Positions 12,597 to 24,342 of a stretch of 34,649 nucleotides of DNA are shown here, piece by piece. The notes beneath the pieces were generated by a model. That model saw only the letters and a program-made list of their open reading frames with translations, searched no databases and had not been told where the DNA came from. A program made the translations under genes and the position numbers. The stretch comes from Catajapyx aquilonaris (lineage: Eukaryota). Each line of letters begins with the position of its first letter. Position 1 is the first letter of the stretch. Location of the stretch: contig JYFJ02004111.1 of the NCBI GenBank assembly GCA_000934665.2, positions 1 through 34,649 on the forward strand, read 5' to 3'.

Positions 12597-15500
12597 TTAC
12601 AACAGGAAGATGAAAGGAAGCGCAGGAAGGATGGAGTCGACGCAGTTAACCCATAGGTTGGCACATGATGCATGATACTGCCTGCCCCCATAACTCAGCT
12701 TTTGGCAATCTTCAGTCCGGTTGAACACCTTGCTTGGAGTATCTGTGTCTAACAAGCAAACACCGCATGCCTTCTCCAAGTTCTCAGGCTCTGGAGTCAA
12801 AATACCACAGCCAAAGTCAAATGCTGCATCTTCTGGCTAAAATTCATGGAAAAGCATAAATCAGTTGCAGTAAGCATATAAGGAACATAAGTTAATTATT
12901 ATAATTTAAAACTTGAGGTATGAGAGATTGCAGACTGTCTTGACAAACACAGAGTTTCAATGTTGTCAGTGGTACACCCTGGTTAAATATTTCAAATATT
13001 TCATCCCTATTTTTATTTGTTTTATTTACCCTTGAGAGAGTGCAGCACTTTTATTTAGGGGGGTGGAACACCACCATTTTTCAATCAATTTTCTTCAAAC
13101 TCCATGCAGGGAAGAAAGGACATGAGGTAGGGATGGGGATTTTTGGGGAGGAGACACGGGAGATGGTGCAATGTCTTAAACTGGGTCATGTGCAGTGTTC
13201 CTGGAGGTTAGGTTGCCAGACACCTCCAAGGCATGGGTCAGAGACCCTCCTGATGCAGGTGAAAAGGAGCTCCCGGGACCTTCCTCTCAGCAAGCCGAGT
13301 CGTTACCAACTGGCCACCTCGCCTCCCCAAATTTTTCATCAATATACCAGCACTGTAGCTATCAGTTCCAAGACAGCAGTAAAAGTTTCGATGTCTACAA
13401 GTCAGGTTGTAATGGGTTAAAAAGATAAGTTACCATAATTACACTCAAACGTATTTCTTAATCTTGAGAGTAGAGAACCTTTACATCTCACATCGTTTCG
13501 TATGCTACCATCAGCTAGTGTGAACCTCCCTTAAAGGTACGTTTACACGTGAGCAACTTGTTCGCGGCGATGTATCCAATTGTTTGGGGAGAAAGTAACA
13601 ATCGATTTTCACCTCAAGCAATACGGGTTACTTTGGTTACACAGTGACGTTACTGCTGGCGATGCATCGCCACGAACAAATCGCGCACATGTAAACGTAG
13701 CTTAAGGCTTAAGAAGCCATTCACTTTGAAATATTTTCTGGCAGGATTTGTTGTATGTTTTCCATGGCTTAGGTGACTAGCTCATTTTCATTTGATTGAA
13801 CCTTGCACACAGATACTGTAGGTAAAACCAGATAATGCATCCAAAGGTGACTAAGCAAATCATCACAAACTGTTGTCACTGTTTACAATCTGCAGTACAA
13901 CACTACAAAGTGGTATTGCTGAGCGGAACTGATGGTTCTCAATCCAAGATATTAAATCTATCTTTTTTACCTTGACTCAAACACTTTTCTCAACTAGATT
14001 TAAGGTAAACTTACCAAAATGGTGGTACCAGCCAGATATGGTTTGAGGCTCTCCCATGCCCCTCCAATTTCAGACAGCACTGGCTGAAGCTTGGTCTCTG
14101 AACTATGCTTCCGATAGGACTGACCTATTCTGCATGTCACCCGGTACACCTCAACGACACCTAAAAAACAAGCACACAAATCAAAATTAATAATAAATAT
14201 AATGCATATTACTTGCAAATACTATAAATTAACTTACTTGAGAGGTAATTTGAACCTTCCTCAGTCCCCACAACTTCTTTTACTATTTGACTGGATGACA
14301 CAGAATTGAATGCTGTCACAGCATACTGGATCAGTTCCAAGCAGCTTTGCAGGCAACGACCCCATTCGTAAGTGTGTCGATCTTCATTCTTTAAAAAAAT
14401 GTCAGTGTTTTTAGTATCATTTGGACGTTTGCACAACATACATCTATGCATCAAATCACTCTAACGCCACTCGTCATAGTCTACACTGATAAAAGAAACT
14501 ATGCTATTGTACATTAGGAGCCCGCCTACATGCCATACGGTAGGGCCTTACTAACAAATCTTTAAATGTGATTATTAAAAAACCATGTACCTGCAAAACA
14601 TCATCCCTGACAGCACTGTACTTGTCCCCGAGTGGACCAGGTGGTGAAAACTTGAACTTTCCATCTCCAATTGCCAAGTTGGACATGGCGCTTTGGAGCA
14701 CTCCAAACTCCTCCGAACTATTCCCCATTCCACCCTGACCCACTCCTTCTGCTACATCCCCTCCGAGTGACCCTGATATCTTGAGATCCAAGCTTGGAAG
14801 TGATCCTTGTCTACTCAGGCTGCTCTTCCCTTCCAGGATGATGCAACCCAGATCCAAGCTTGAGACAGATTGTGTTTCTGGAGATGGACCTTCCGCAATC
14901 TTTTCAACTTCTGGTGGTGGTGTTGGCCCCAAAAAGTCACCAAATTCATCTTCAGTCCGATTCTCAGGAGCAACTGACCCACCCTCTTGAAACTCACCAA
15001 ATGGATCAGAATAGTCCACGGTTTCAAGAGCCCTTTTGGTCTGCTCGGCTGACTCCACCTCAACAACAAAATCAGCAAAGTTTTCATTCCCATTTCCCAT
15101 GGCCCAATTTCCAGGTTGGAACTCGTTCTCAACAGGATTTTCTGGAAACTCAGCTTTAAACTCTACTGGCCCAGATAAGAAGTCACCAAACTCTTCCTCT
15201 GCAGGGGCTGGCTCATTCGCATTGTTTTCTTCCCCATGATCATCTTGCAGCTCCCTGAATACACTGTACTTGTCCTCACTTCCTATCAGCAAGTCCTCAT
15301 CTTTCTCTGTTTTTCTTAGTGCCTCATACCGATCTGCTTTGGTCTCACTTGCTGACTGGAAGTCTGAGAAGTCATCTGTCTGTTGCTTTACAGGACTGAC
15401 TGTGCTCTTGGAGCTGACTCTTAAGTCATAATTGGCTAGGCGGCTTCCAACAATGCTAGTCTGGGACTGCGGAAACTTTGGTTGAAACACTGGGGAAAAT

Positions 15501-18261
15501 GTGCCTTCTGCAAAATCACGTGATGTCTTCCGTATTCGTGGTTGGGGTTGTTGTTGTGACTGTGGTTGCGGAGGTGGAGATGAATCTTTCTTTGGCTCAG
15601 TAGCACACTGGAAGTCCGAAAATTCATCTTCATCGTCATTATGTAGTGTAGGCTTGGCTTGAACGGGTTGCATTGCAGGCTGAGTAGGTTGCATTGCATG
15701 TGGAATGGATTGTACTACTGGTTGGGTGGGCTGCATGGATTGCATTGTGGGTTGGATGGGTTTTATGGGCTCTGATGCAGACTGGGCAGGTTGCACGGGT
15801 TGCATTGTGGGTTGAGTGGGCTGCACAGGTTGTACTGGTGATTGGGTAGGATGCATGGGATGTGTGGGATGTTGAGATGCTTGTGATGGAGGTGGTGAAT
15901 TAAATGCAGGAATAATTGGGTGGGGAAATTTCTGCAATATGCTCAAATCCGTGAAATTGTATCCAGCCTACGGGAGAAAAATAACCAATGTAAATCACAA
16001 AATCTCAGTGGGAGGATTCATGCCATCTGAACTTTACCTGAACCACTCCAACAAGGGCCAGCAGCATGTACAATTCTTGCTGTGTGAGCTGTCCTGGCAC
16101 CTGGTGATTAACCAAAGTCCACAGAAAACCCAACGTTTCCCTTGGCAGGTTGGAATATGCCAACAGCTGAGTTAACCTCTGAGTGTCCACCATGCACTTT
16201 GGCTCCCCAACATATTCATATACTTTCTGGTATGACTCCGGGGCCAGAGATGAGTCAGTCAGCCATAGTGGGAGCTGAAATTTAATGCAATGTCATTCAT
16301 GGTTAACAATTCCAAAACTGATAACAAACTTACGCTGAGTGGTTCCATCTCTGGCTGAGCTCCTCCAGCTTTAGCTTTGGGAAGAAAATCCTCCTTTTTG
16401 CTAAACATGCTCTCTATTAATGTGTCTGCATTCAGTGGCTCCTGGAATAATAAGAATACACCTGAATTTCCCAGAAAAAGTGTTGCCTAACATGCAATCA
16501 AATTCTCAGAACTGGTCATCTTGCACTATTACTATTGTCTCACTTCCGACCAACGTATACAGGGTGAAGGGAAACTCGTGCCTAATCACCAGGTAGACTG
16601 ACAGTACTCGCAGAATGGGGAGGCGAAGTGGCGCTGCGGTAACGCACGCGCCCATGGATGTTAAGGTCCCTGGTTCGATCCCAGCCCAGGGACACCCCCT
16701 TCATCTCGTGCAGAGTTTGGGCCATCTCTGGCTTCATCTCGGGTGGGACTCCTTAGAGGCTTAGACTAACCACCCGGGGGAGTTCACAAAATGACCTCAT
16801 CCACGACATTGCACTGCACTTTGCACATCCCCTCCTAGTCACCCTGCCCATGGGCCTGGGCACTTCGTCAAAGGTTCCAAGTTGTGTACAAGCTGTACAA
16901 GTTGTGCAAGTTAATAAATAAAGGTCCGTGCAATACCCCAAGAGAGGTCCAAGCACTACCTGGATTTACTCACAAAACTAATATAGGGATGTGCAAATAG
17001 TTTTGGGTGCTGGTGCATAGTTAATGTGTATGGCTCCTTTAAAGAGTAGAGGGCCAGGTGGTAAAATATGAGGTAAAAACGACAAAGGGTATGGCTGTCG
17101 CACCCGGATTCTTACTCTGACAGGATTTGATCGCCTATTGCACATGGACGATGCGTTAGGGGACCAAGGCCGGATTATTCGGAGGCCCTCGAGCTGGCTT
17201 TTGCTTCTTTGAAACTGGCGTAGCAGATGTGATGTCACGAAACTTTAAAGGCGCCGTACACATTAACTAAACTATGGAGCCCAAAACTAATTGCACAACC
17301 CTATATTAGTTTTGCAAGTACTATCAGTCTACCTGGCGATCGGGTACCCTTCACCCTGTATATTCACAAGCTTTGTGGCAGGTGCCCGGGCAGGTGCAGT
17401 ACAGTTGTTGAATGAACATGTCAACCGGCTGGAACCGTGACATGGGGTCTTTTAGGACCTCAACAGAATTAAAATGCATTAAAATGATAATTACAATGAA
17501 CTGTTGCCGTTTAAAAAAAGTATATAACAGGAAGTGCATGTTTATTTTGAATTAGCGATCATTTTAGGCATTGTTCAAAGAATGATTGCATATAGTCAAA
17601 ACATGGAAAAGTGTTATATAAAAATAACTAATAATATTAAAATATGGATGGGGTCCTAAAAGACCCCACGTCACGGTTGCCGTAACTTTCAGGCACGTCA
17701 TGGTTCCAGTGTTAAAAGTGAATGTCTACTTATAAAAAGTCTCCCAAGACAGTCACGATCATGTGTTTTCGTCAAACACATAAGGGACACTCATGATAAA
17801 AACTAACTTACCCTGTGTTGTGTGGACATTGCCTTGAGCCTTTGCTGTTGCTGTAGAAAGTGTCTCTCCTTGGCCTTGTCCTCTCCTTTCTTCCCCTGCT
17901 GTTGTTCCTGCTGACCAGCTGTTGGCCTTTGACTTCCTTCCGCTTTTTGCTGCATGGCCCATGCCCCTCGATGGTGCTGTTGTGGCAACTGTTGCTGATG
18001 ATGCTGCCCCATTGCAGGGAACCAACCCATCTGTGGATTTGGTGGAACGGCTCCCGGTTGTTGTGGAACTAGGCCTGCGAATCTCATTGGCGGTATGCTT
18101 GCATTCGTTGGATACACCATAGGATTTATGGGCTGCCCGCGGTATGGAAGGCCGGGGAAACCCGAGCTGGCCCCAGCATGCTGATGATGGGGGGGCCTAA
18201 AATTTATAACAATAAGTACCGGTACGCTAATTTCTCACCGCACTACCTACCTGCTGGCCAT
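12597..18261 (-). CDS. SYNRG: Synergin gamma (AP-1 gamma-adaptin-binding EH-domain protein), 8 coding exons, about 884 aa
   Basis: Exons 18261-18251, 18196-17812, 16441-16334, 16274-16038, 15967-14591, 14388-14238, 14160-14015 and 12836-12597; all GT-AG and phase-compatible (2655 nt). Gln-rich N-terminus, EH-like domain (DTQRLTQLLAYSNLPRETLGFLWTLVN...ELYMLLALVGVVQ), several GAE-binding motifs (DEFSDF, DDFSDF, EEFGDF, DEFGDF, ENFADF, DPFGEF) and the C-terminal CGVCLLD...YHASCANLWVNCV of synergin gamma. Confidence 0.93.
13025..13328 (-). mobile_element. tRNA-derived SINE-like element, decayed (B box lost), in SYNRG intron 7
   Basis: Minus strand starts GGGGAGGCGAGGTGGCCAGTTGGTAACG...AAGGTCCC, closely matching the head of the element at 16617; also shares GACATTGCAC and an AAATAAA-containing tail. 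The 3' end is approximate. Confidence 0.6.
13535..13702. mobile_element. PIF/Harbinger-type MITE
   Basis: Imperfect 42-bp TIRs (AGGTACGTTTACACGTGAGCAACTTGTTCGCGGCGATGTATC vs reverse-complemented AGCTACGTTTACATGTGCGCGATTTGTTCGTGGCGATGCATC), flanked by a TAA duplication at 13532-13534 and 13703-13705. Confidence 0.8.
16560..17358. mobile_element. Tc1/mariner-type MITE with long TIRs (about 120 bp); left TIR split by a SINE
   Basis: TA-CAGGGTGAAGGG at the left end and CCCTTCACCCTG-TA at the right end. Right TIR (about 17242-17358) matches 16560-16615 plus 16967-17044. Confidence 0.85.
16616..16966 (+). mobile_element. tRNA-derived SINE nested in the MITE
   Basis: A-box-like TGGCGCTGCGG and B box GGTTCGATCCC, a body of about 250 nt and AATAAATAAA near 16913. 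Flanked by a degenerate 11-bp duplication TACTCGCAGAA (16605-16615) / TACTCACAAAA (16967-16977). Confidence 0.8.
17425..17711. mobile_element. piggyBac-like MITE
   Basis: Inverted CTGGAACCRTGAC and AACCGTGACRTGGGGTCTTTTAGGACC blocks at both ends; TTAA at the right end (17712-17715) and degenerate TCAA at the left (17421-17424). Confidence 0.65.
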
Positions 18262-18402
18262 GTTTCCTAAACGGTCTTCTGGACACTCCTAAAGCAACCA
18301 GCGCCTGAGATGAAAACACCACCCCAAACATTTAAAATCCTGTCCCTGAATCAAGGTTCGCTGTCACATCCCTGCCTGGAGCCCACATCACCTGAACAGG
18401 CA

Positions 18403-18483
18403 GCCATTTTTCTCACTTTTTTCACCAATCTGAAAGACGTCACTAGGTAGTTCAACAGCTGGCCGCAAGTGGCTATGACGTCA
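18403..18483 (-). promoter_or_regulatory. Probable TATA-less SYNRG promoter with a YY1-like motif and a CRE
   Basis: GCCATTTT at 18403-18410 and palindromic TGACGTCA at 18476-18483, 140-220 bp upstream of the ATG. Confidence 0.45.
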
Positions 18484-18594
18484 CTCCAATTTTTGTAGTT
18501 GCAATAATTAAAATTCTGGCTCTCTACTGTGCCAAAACTATTCTGAAACTATGGAACAACATGTAAAAACAATAGTTGGATCGAGAAATATGAA

Positions 18595-18899
18595 AAAATT
18601 TTGGTGTCGTGTCTACCTGTATTGGATGGGTTCCCCGAGGTGGCCCCCTCCCAGACGCGATCCCACTACGGCCCGGCACGGGGGCTTTTGGCTGCTGAGT
18701 CTCCCCCCTGGCCCGATTCGCCCCTCCCTAGACAACCTGGACGCGATGGGCTCCCCCTTCGCATCCATATTGATACTGGGCTTAGTGCGGACGCCCGGTC
18801 AACGGGGGTCCGTCCACAGGGAATGATCCCGCCCTCAAGGTATTCTCCGACACCGGCCTCCCAGTCGCAAGATTACAGGAGTGCGCCGCCACTCCCAGC
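18595..18899 (-). ncRNA. RN7SL: 7SL (signal recognition particle) RNA gene, about 300 nt
   Basis: Minus strand is colinear with metazoan 7SL: Alu 5' domain GCTGGGAGTGGCGGCGCACTCCTGTAATC, GTCCGCACTAAG...ATCAATATGG, helix 6 with GGAG loop (GGATGCGAAGGG-GGAG-CCCATCGCGTCC), helix 8 CAGG-GGG-GAGA-CTC-AGCAG (GNRA loop, SRP54 motif) and GTAGTGGGATCGCG. A T6 Pol III terminator lies at 18598-18593 and a TATA-like TTAAATA about 30 bp upstream. Confidence 0.95.
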
Positions 18900-19066
18900 C
18901 GATAGAACCAGCTTTCAATTGGGGTATTTAAGCTAACTTTATAGTACAGTATGGTTTTACAGGATGTGCAACTGCAGGTGGATGCAGAGTATGGTCATGG
19001 TCATTGTTGCCGAATTTGGTACGGTTTGAGTGAGTATTTGGTGAGATTTTTGCATTTTTAGGCGAT

Positions 19067-19189
19067 TGACGTCATAAGGTGGATTTGTAGGGTTATGGTC
19101 GCGGGGTGGGTGTTCCGCCATCTTGAATCCCATCTGGGCGGCAATTCAAATAGTGCGTGGATCAAGTGGAAATGCGGTATCAGGAAGTG
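19067..19189. promoter_or_regulatory. Cluster of CRE, YY1 and ETS motifs between 7SL and GBA
   Basis: TGACGTCA at 19067-19074, CCGCCATCTT at 19115-19124 and CAGGAAGTG at 19181-19189; the target gene is unclear. Confidence 0.4.
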
Positions 19190-19529
19190 GCGTGCAGTAA
19201 GACAGACATGGGAGCAAGCTGATCTGCCACGCCGAATGAAAATGCTGCCAGATATTACGTAATTCACTAAATAAATTATTCAGCAACAGAAACACCTGTA
19301 TGCCAAGCTGTATGCACTGGCATGAATACACTGTCTGGAACTTCTGGCGAATAAAATTGTGATATACAATGTGGTTGCTGTATATATATTTTGACTCCCA
19401 TTCCCATATGTCCCATTCTCTTCAAAGCAGTGAGATAAGAAAGTGTGACAGTAGACTCTGATAGGGTGACACCTTTACATAATCGTTTTTATTGGCACAC
19501 TATTCTTCCAGTAGAGATACATCAGAGCC

Positions 19530-22335
19530 ATGAGAGCCTCAGGGCAGGTTATTTTTATTTGTTATTGCCTAATTGCAGGTAAGTCATTTGCATACCTAAT
19601 CATATTTTATACTCATTGCGCATGTGTATGGCCATTTGAAGTCCATGCATATTATTTTAAAACTGTATTGTTATAGGCTGCAGTGGACAGAGACCTTGCA
19701 TACCTCGTCGTATGGGGAGTGACAGCTTTGTATGTGTCTGCAATTCAACTTATTGTGATGACCTCGAAGAACCCACACGTATTTCTGGAGATAAGCTCAC
19801 CATATATACTTCTGATCAAAAAACTCGTCGCTATGATAAAGAAATACGAGTATTCAGCCATGAAATGCCAGGTGATACGGGAAAGGGGCAAATTATAATG
19901 TGATTAATTACGAAATATGTATTTAACAAGCAGCTCACATTGTTTTGTTCCAATATCAGATTCTGCGGAAGCCACCCTAAGCATAGATCGAAGTGTTTCT
20001 TTCCAACATATGGAAGGATTTGGAGGGGCATTTACTGACGCCACGGGAATTAATTTACTAAAATTAAGTGAAAGTTGTAGAAAAAATGTCCTCAGGTGAG
20101 TATAGCCTATGCATAAATGGACGTCACCATATTGACAAATATTGCAATATTTAAGGTCCTATTTCTCGGATACCGGAGCAGCATACACGTTATGTCGTGT
20201 ACCAATAGGAGGAACAGATTTCTCACCTAGACCATACACTTATCAAGATGGAAATAGTTCATTTAGTTTGCAAAATGAGGACTATGAATACAAAGTACAT
20301 AACTTATTCTGACCATCCTGATAGTACCATGAAACGTGAAGTGTTTTACATAATAAGAAAGCTAATATATTTCCAAATGTCATTCTTAGATTCCATTTAT
20401 CAAAGAAGCTATGGAATTGAAAGGGGAAAAGCCTCTGAAATTTCTCGCTACCCCATGGAGTGCCCCACCATCCTGGAAATCTAATAATCAGTACACAGGA
20501 GCAGGATATCTGAAATGTGAACATTATCAGGATTATGCCATTTATTTCAAAAAGTAAGAGTCATTATTAAAATTTTATTCATTTAAAGGCTTGTCACAGC
20601 ATGGAAAATTAAACTACATGAAAATGCACAATTATTTAACAGTTTTCTGGAGGCATATCAGCAACATGGGATAAACTTTTGGGGAATTACAACCCAAAAT
20701 GAGCCCACGAAAGGGAGCATACCCTTCTTTCCTTTTAATTGCATGGGGTGGACGCCTAGTCAAATGGCCAAATTTATAACTGAAAATCTAGGTCCTACCT
20801 TAAAGGAGTCTAATTACAGCAATGTGAAAATTATGATCATGGATGACGATCGAATGGCTATTCGTACATGGCTTGCACCAGTAAGTCGAAGTTACGTATC
20901 TATTGTCGGCTATTGTAATTTTTAGCACATCTCTTTATTTTCTAGCTGTTTGAATGTCCTGGAGTGAAAGACTATGTATCTGGCGTTGGGGTGCACTGGT
21001 ATCTAAATTTCTTGACACCAGCTTCAGATTTAGATTATGCAAGAAAATACATAATGACACCCGACCAAGTACTTTTAGCAACAGAGGCATGTGAAGGTAT
21101 AACCAATCAAAAAGAATTTTATTTAGTAATTTGCAGATCAAATCGTTGTGTAATTTTATCTGTGGTGGTGATGTTGGTTGATCATAAACGTCTTTGCGAT
21201 TGCCACATTCAATATCCAAACTTGTATGAACTGACATTACTAATAGAAAAAAAAATCACTCATACAGTATAATTATCTCATAAATAGTTCACTAAAAAGC
21301 AAACTTTGTTCAGGTAGCTGCAGGATATTTTTTATGGTGGGTCCAAAAGTGTCTTACATAAGTAAATTTTGTAACCCACGGGTAGGCCTATTATAACTCA
21401 TCGTGATAAAGAGCTTTTCAAAATGACCAATTTCCGTAAGTATGCAACGTACTCTGGGACGCTTTCAGATCTGTAAGGAAGATATGGTATTTTCAGTATG
21501 GAAAATTTAATTTGGTATTATTTTTGGCTATTAGTCAGTGTTCATGATGTATTAACTGCAGTGTTATGGAATAATGTTTCAAAAAGGGGATCCCATAAAT
21601 ATAAACTGTTACATTTTTATCTTAATTTATTTCAGGATTTCTAATGCCAAATCCTGTTGTACTGGGATCCTGGAAAAGATGTGAACACTATGCCAGCACT
21701 ATTATTGAAGTAAGAGCATACCTTGTTATGTATATAATAAATTGGTTTTTTTCCTCGGTTTCTATACCTAGTTATGAGGACAAAATTACCTATTTATATG
21801 CCATTTTTTGTGAACTGTGACATTTTCGGCTCAATTGCTGACAAGCTTCATCTCTTCCTCTGCGGTATGCTAATTTGTTTTAATTGCAGGACTTAAACCA
21901 TTTCGTCTCAAGCTGGGTGGACTGGAACATGGCACTCAACTTAACTGGAGGCCCTAATTGGGCAGGTTTAGCTGCTGACTCAACTATAATTGTCAACCCC
22001 ACAGCAGATGAATTTTTTCGAGAGCCAATGTTTTATGCCATGGCTCATGTTTCAAAATTATTTTTGCCCCAATCAGTTCGAATTAAAATGTCAATTGAAG
22101 GACCTTTAGAGGGTGTCGCTGTAAAGAGGCCAGATAATGGCATAGCAATATTTTTGCTAAATAGGTAAGAAATGCAGTAAACCCCTATCAGTATTCCTTT
22201 ACAAGTAATATTGTGATATAATTTATATTTCGCAGGAAGGACGAAGATGTTCAAGTGATGCTACAGGATCCAACACGAGGCGCATCATCATTCATTGCTC
22301 CTGGGAAATCAATCCAAAGTCTCATTTATTGGTAG
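19530..22335 (+). CDS. GBA: Lysosomal acid glucosylceramidase-like GH30 hydrolase, 10 exons, about 506 aa with signal peptide
   Basis: Exons 19530-19578, 19677-19871, 19960-20095, 20156-20294, 20390-20553, 20643-20880, 20946-21096, 21636-21709, 21890-22164 and 22236-22335 (1521 nt, open). Motifs RPCIPR..SFVCVCNSTYCD, GFGGAFTDA, RVPIGGTDFS, QNEP (acid/base), VHWY, ATEAC (nucleophile) and DWNMALNLTGGPNW. AATAAA at 22374-22379. Confidence 0.95.
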
Positions 22336-22599
22336 AAACCAGAACCTCTTACACCTTAGAGACACTGAATGTTAATAAATTATATTATAATTTCTCCCAA
22401 TTTACATATCTGTTTGTCATTGTACTGTAATGGGAATCCCAGCAATGGAGAAACAATCAGTAATAAAGGAATATTCCTTGTTGTTAAAACAACGGTACCG
22501 GTACTAAAATTATTTTTATTAAATAACAGCTTAATTGTTGTAAAAATAATTGTCAGGTTAAATATTTTCATAGATAGTATAAACTAACTTATAAACAAT

Positions 22600-23663
22600 G
22601 AGATAGACGGATTCACTCTGTTCAACACCATTCCTATGGATATTTTGTGGAACAAAAATTCGGAGTGTTTCAGTCCCATTTCTGTGACGAACGTTGGGTA
22701 CATTACCAGTAACCATGAAAAAGTATACTCTAATCACTCACGTGATTTGCCAATCTTGTTTTCATTTCAACACACAAGGCGTAAAGGTTTTGTCCGTACC
22801 TATAGGGAGTTAAAAACGCAAGACTATAGTTGAGTACACGTTTTTCGTGTGTGACGAACGTGTTGAGTACAGTTTTTCTGCATGAAATATCTGTAGTGGA
22901 ATTCATTGTACACAAAATAAGACGATGCTTTCAACATCTTGATTGGGATAAATGTCTGCACTAACTTTTCCAACAGTATTATCATGAATTCAGCAAGTAG
23001 CTCCGCCCAATGCATTCAGTGGGGCATCTGGTGGATTGCAAGCCAACTGCACCCTACCATAGATGGCGCTGGTGAAATCTATTTTGAAGTTTCTGCTCTA
23101 TTTACGTCTTCATAGGTCTCCATACTTTTGTTTCACTCCGAATAATTGCAGAGTTCCTTATGTTGTAAAACTTTCAAATTAAACCTGAAGTAAATAGTGA
23201 ATGTCAGCTGTCAATTGTTGTCATGTTGTCATGTGCAAAGGCTTAAAGAGGAGTATTCACATGAACAAGCACACGAATCATTCTTACTTGCACAAGAATA
23301 TAGCGAATGAAGATCGTGTTTTATAATCTTTCCATGAAATTCTGACGAAGAGTCTCAAAATTCTTACGTAGACGTGAAATTGTAGTGTTAATTTGATGTC
23401 AGTATGTTTCCATTTCCTTTTCTTGGGATTTCCATGTGACCCTATGTGGCCGCTTCGTCGATCTGGAAAAGTCGGGAAAAGTTACACTACATCATTTTAT
23501 TTTCATAACTTACGTATGTCTGTCAAACTGAAATAAAAATGCATATCTAAATATTTAAAATATCAACAAAATCATACCACCTCCACCATTGTCACTGAAG
23601 TCATGTTGTAGATATTCGACTAAATTTCCAAATAATCGACGAGACTAGTAGTAACCGCCCATT
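22600..23663 (-). pseudogene. Possible decayed multi-exon gene of unknown family
   Basis: Run of short canonical introns on the minus strand (gtatga..tttcag, gtaagt..ttccag, gtaaga..cttcag, gtgagt..cacag) separating protein-like segments interrupted by stops; no continuous frame was found. Confidence 0.3.
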
Positions 23664-23777
23664 ATTAGTTCACAATAATTAAATTGGCTACAAAAATGCC
23701 TTTCCAGACACGCAGGGTCGGATAAAACAAAACAGATGCAATAAAAGGCCTATTCGGTTTTGAAGCATTGGTTTATT

Positions 23778-24342
23778 GCTGGGTTGATTTGTTGCGGTGA
23801 CAAGGAAAGGACCAAGGAGTCGAATTGCAACGGGGAAAAAAACCTTGAACGGAAATCCCTACTGACCTCTGCCGTAGTTTTTATGACCTCCCTCTTTCTC
23901 TGCCCCTCAGGGGGGTCATAAATCCTCCTTTTGGGATTGTATGGGTCAGTGGCCGCTAATACAAAGCCGATCCTACTGGTTTTCGGCATTTCTAAAGCCA
24001 GAGAAAGTGGACCTTGACCCCTAATATATACCTGTCATCAGAAACATCCTCTCACTCTTACTAGAGTGGACTAGTGTGCAACTCGTGTTCGTGTAGTGCC
24101 ATGTCACATTTTAGTGCTACATACTGTTGAAGTAGAGTGCCGTTGACTGGAGTGTCGAAGTGTCACCGAGCAATGGGGAACAAAAAGGGACCTCACTCTA
24201 GAAGGAAAAAGCGAACTGCACAATCTCATCTGCACAAGAAAATCCGCAATACGAAGAAGCTTCGAGCATCACAAGATCCGCCGCCTGAGGTCAATAGTTC
24301 CCGTTTAAAACTAGCATGATCTGTATCACTATCTTGTACGTA
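23778..24342 (+). repeat. Copy 1 of a local direct duplication (copy 2 at 26901-27855)
   Basis: Long near-identical blocks such as TTGATTTGTTGCGGTGACAAGGAAAGGACCAAGGAGTCG... and CTTTTGGGATTGTATGGGTCAGTGGCCGCTAATAC...; similarity is patchy beyond 24202. Confidence 0.92.

Noticed and set aside
13031..13470. hAT element suggested by the 8-bp direct repeat CTTGAGAG
   Set aside because: No TIRs; the interval is better explained by the SINE-like element, so the match is probably chance.
14504..15946. 480-aa ORF as a standalone gene
   Set aside because: It is SYNRG exon 5 (15967-14591) read on into the next intron.
16617..16695. tRNA gene
   Set aside because: Has A and B boxes but no proper acceptor or anticodon stems, and continues into a SINE body with a TSD.
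18551..18936. Plus-strand ORFs of 91 and 111 aa
   Set aside because: Antisense shadows of the GC-rich 7SL gene.
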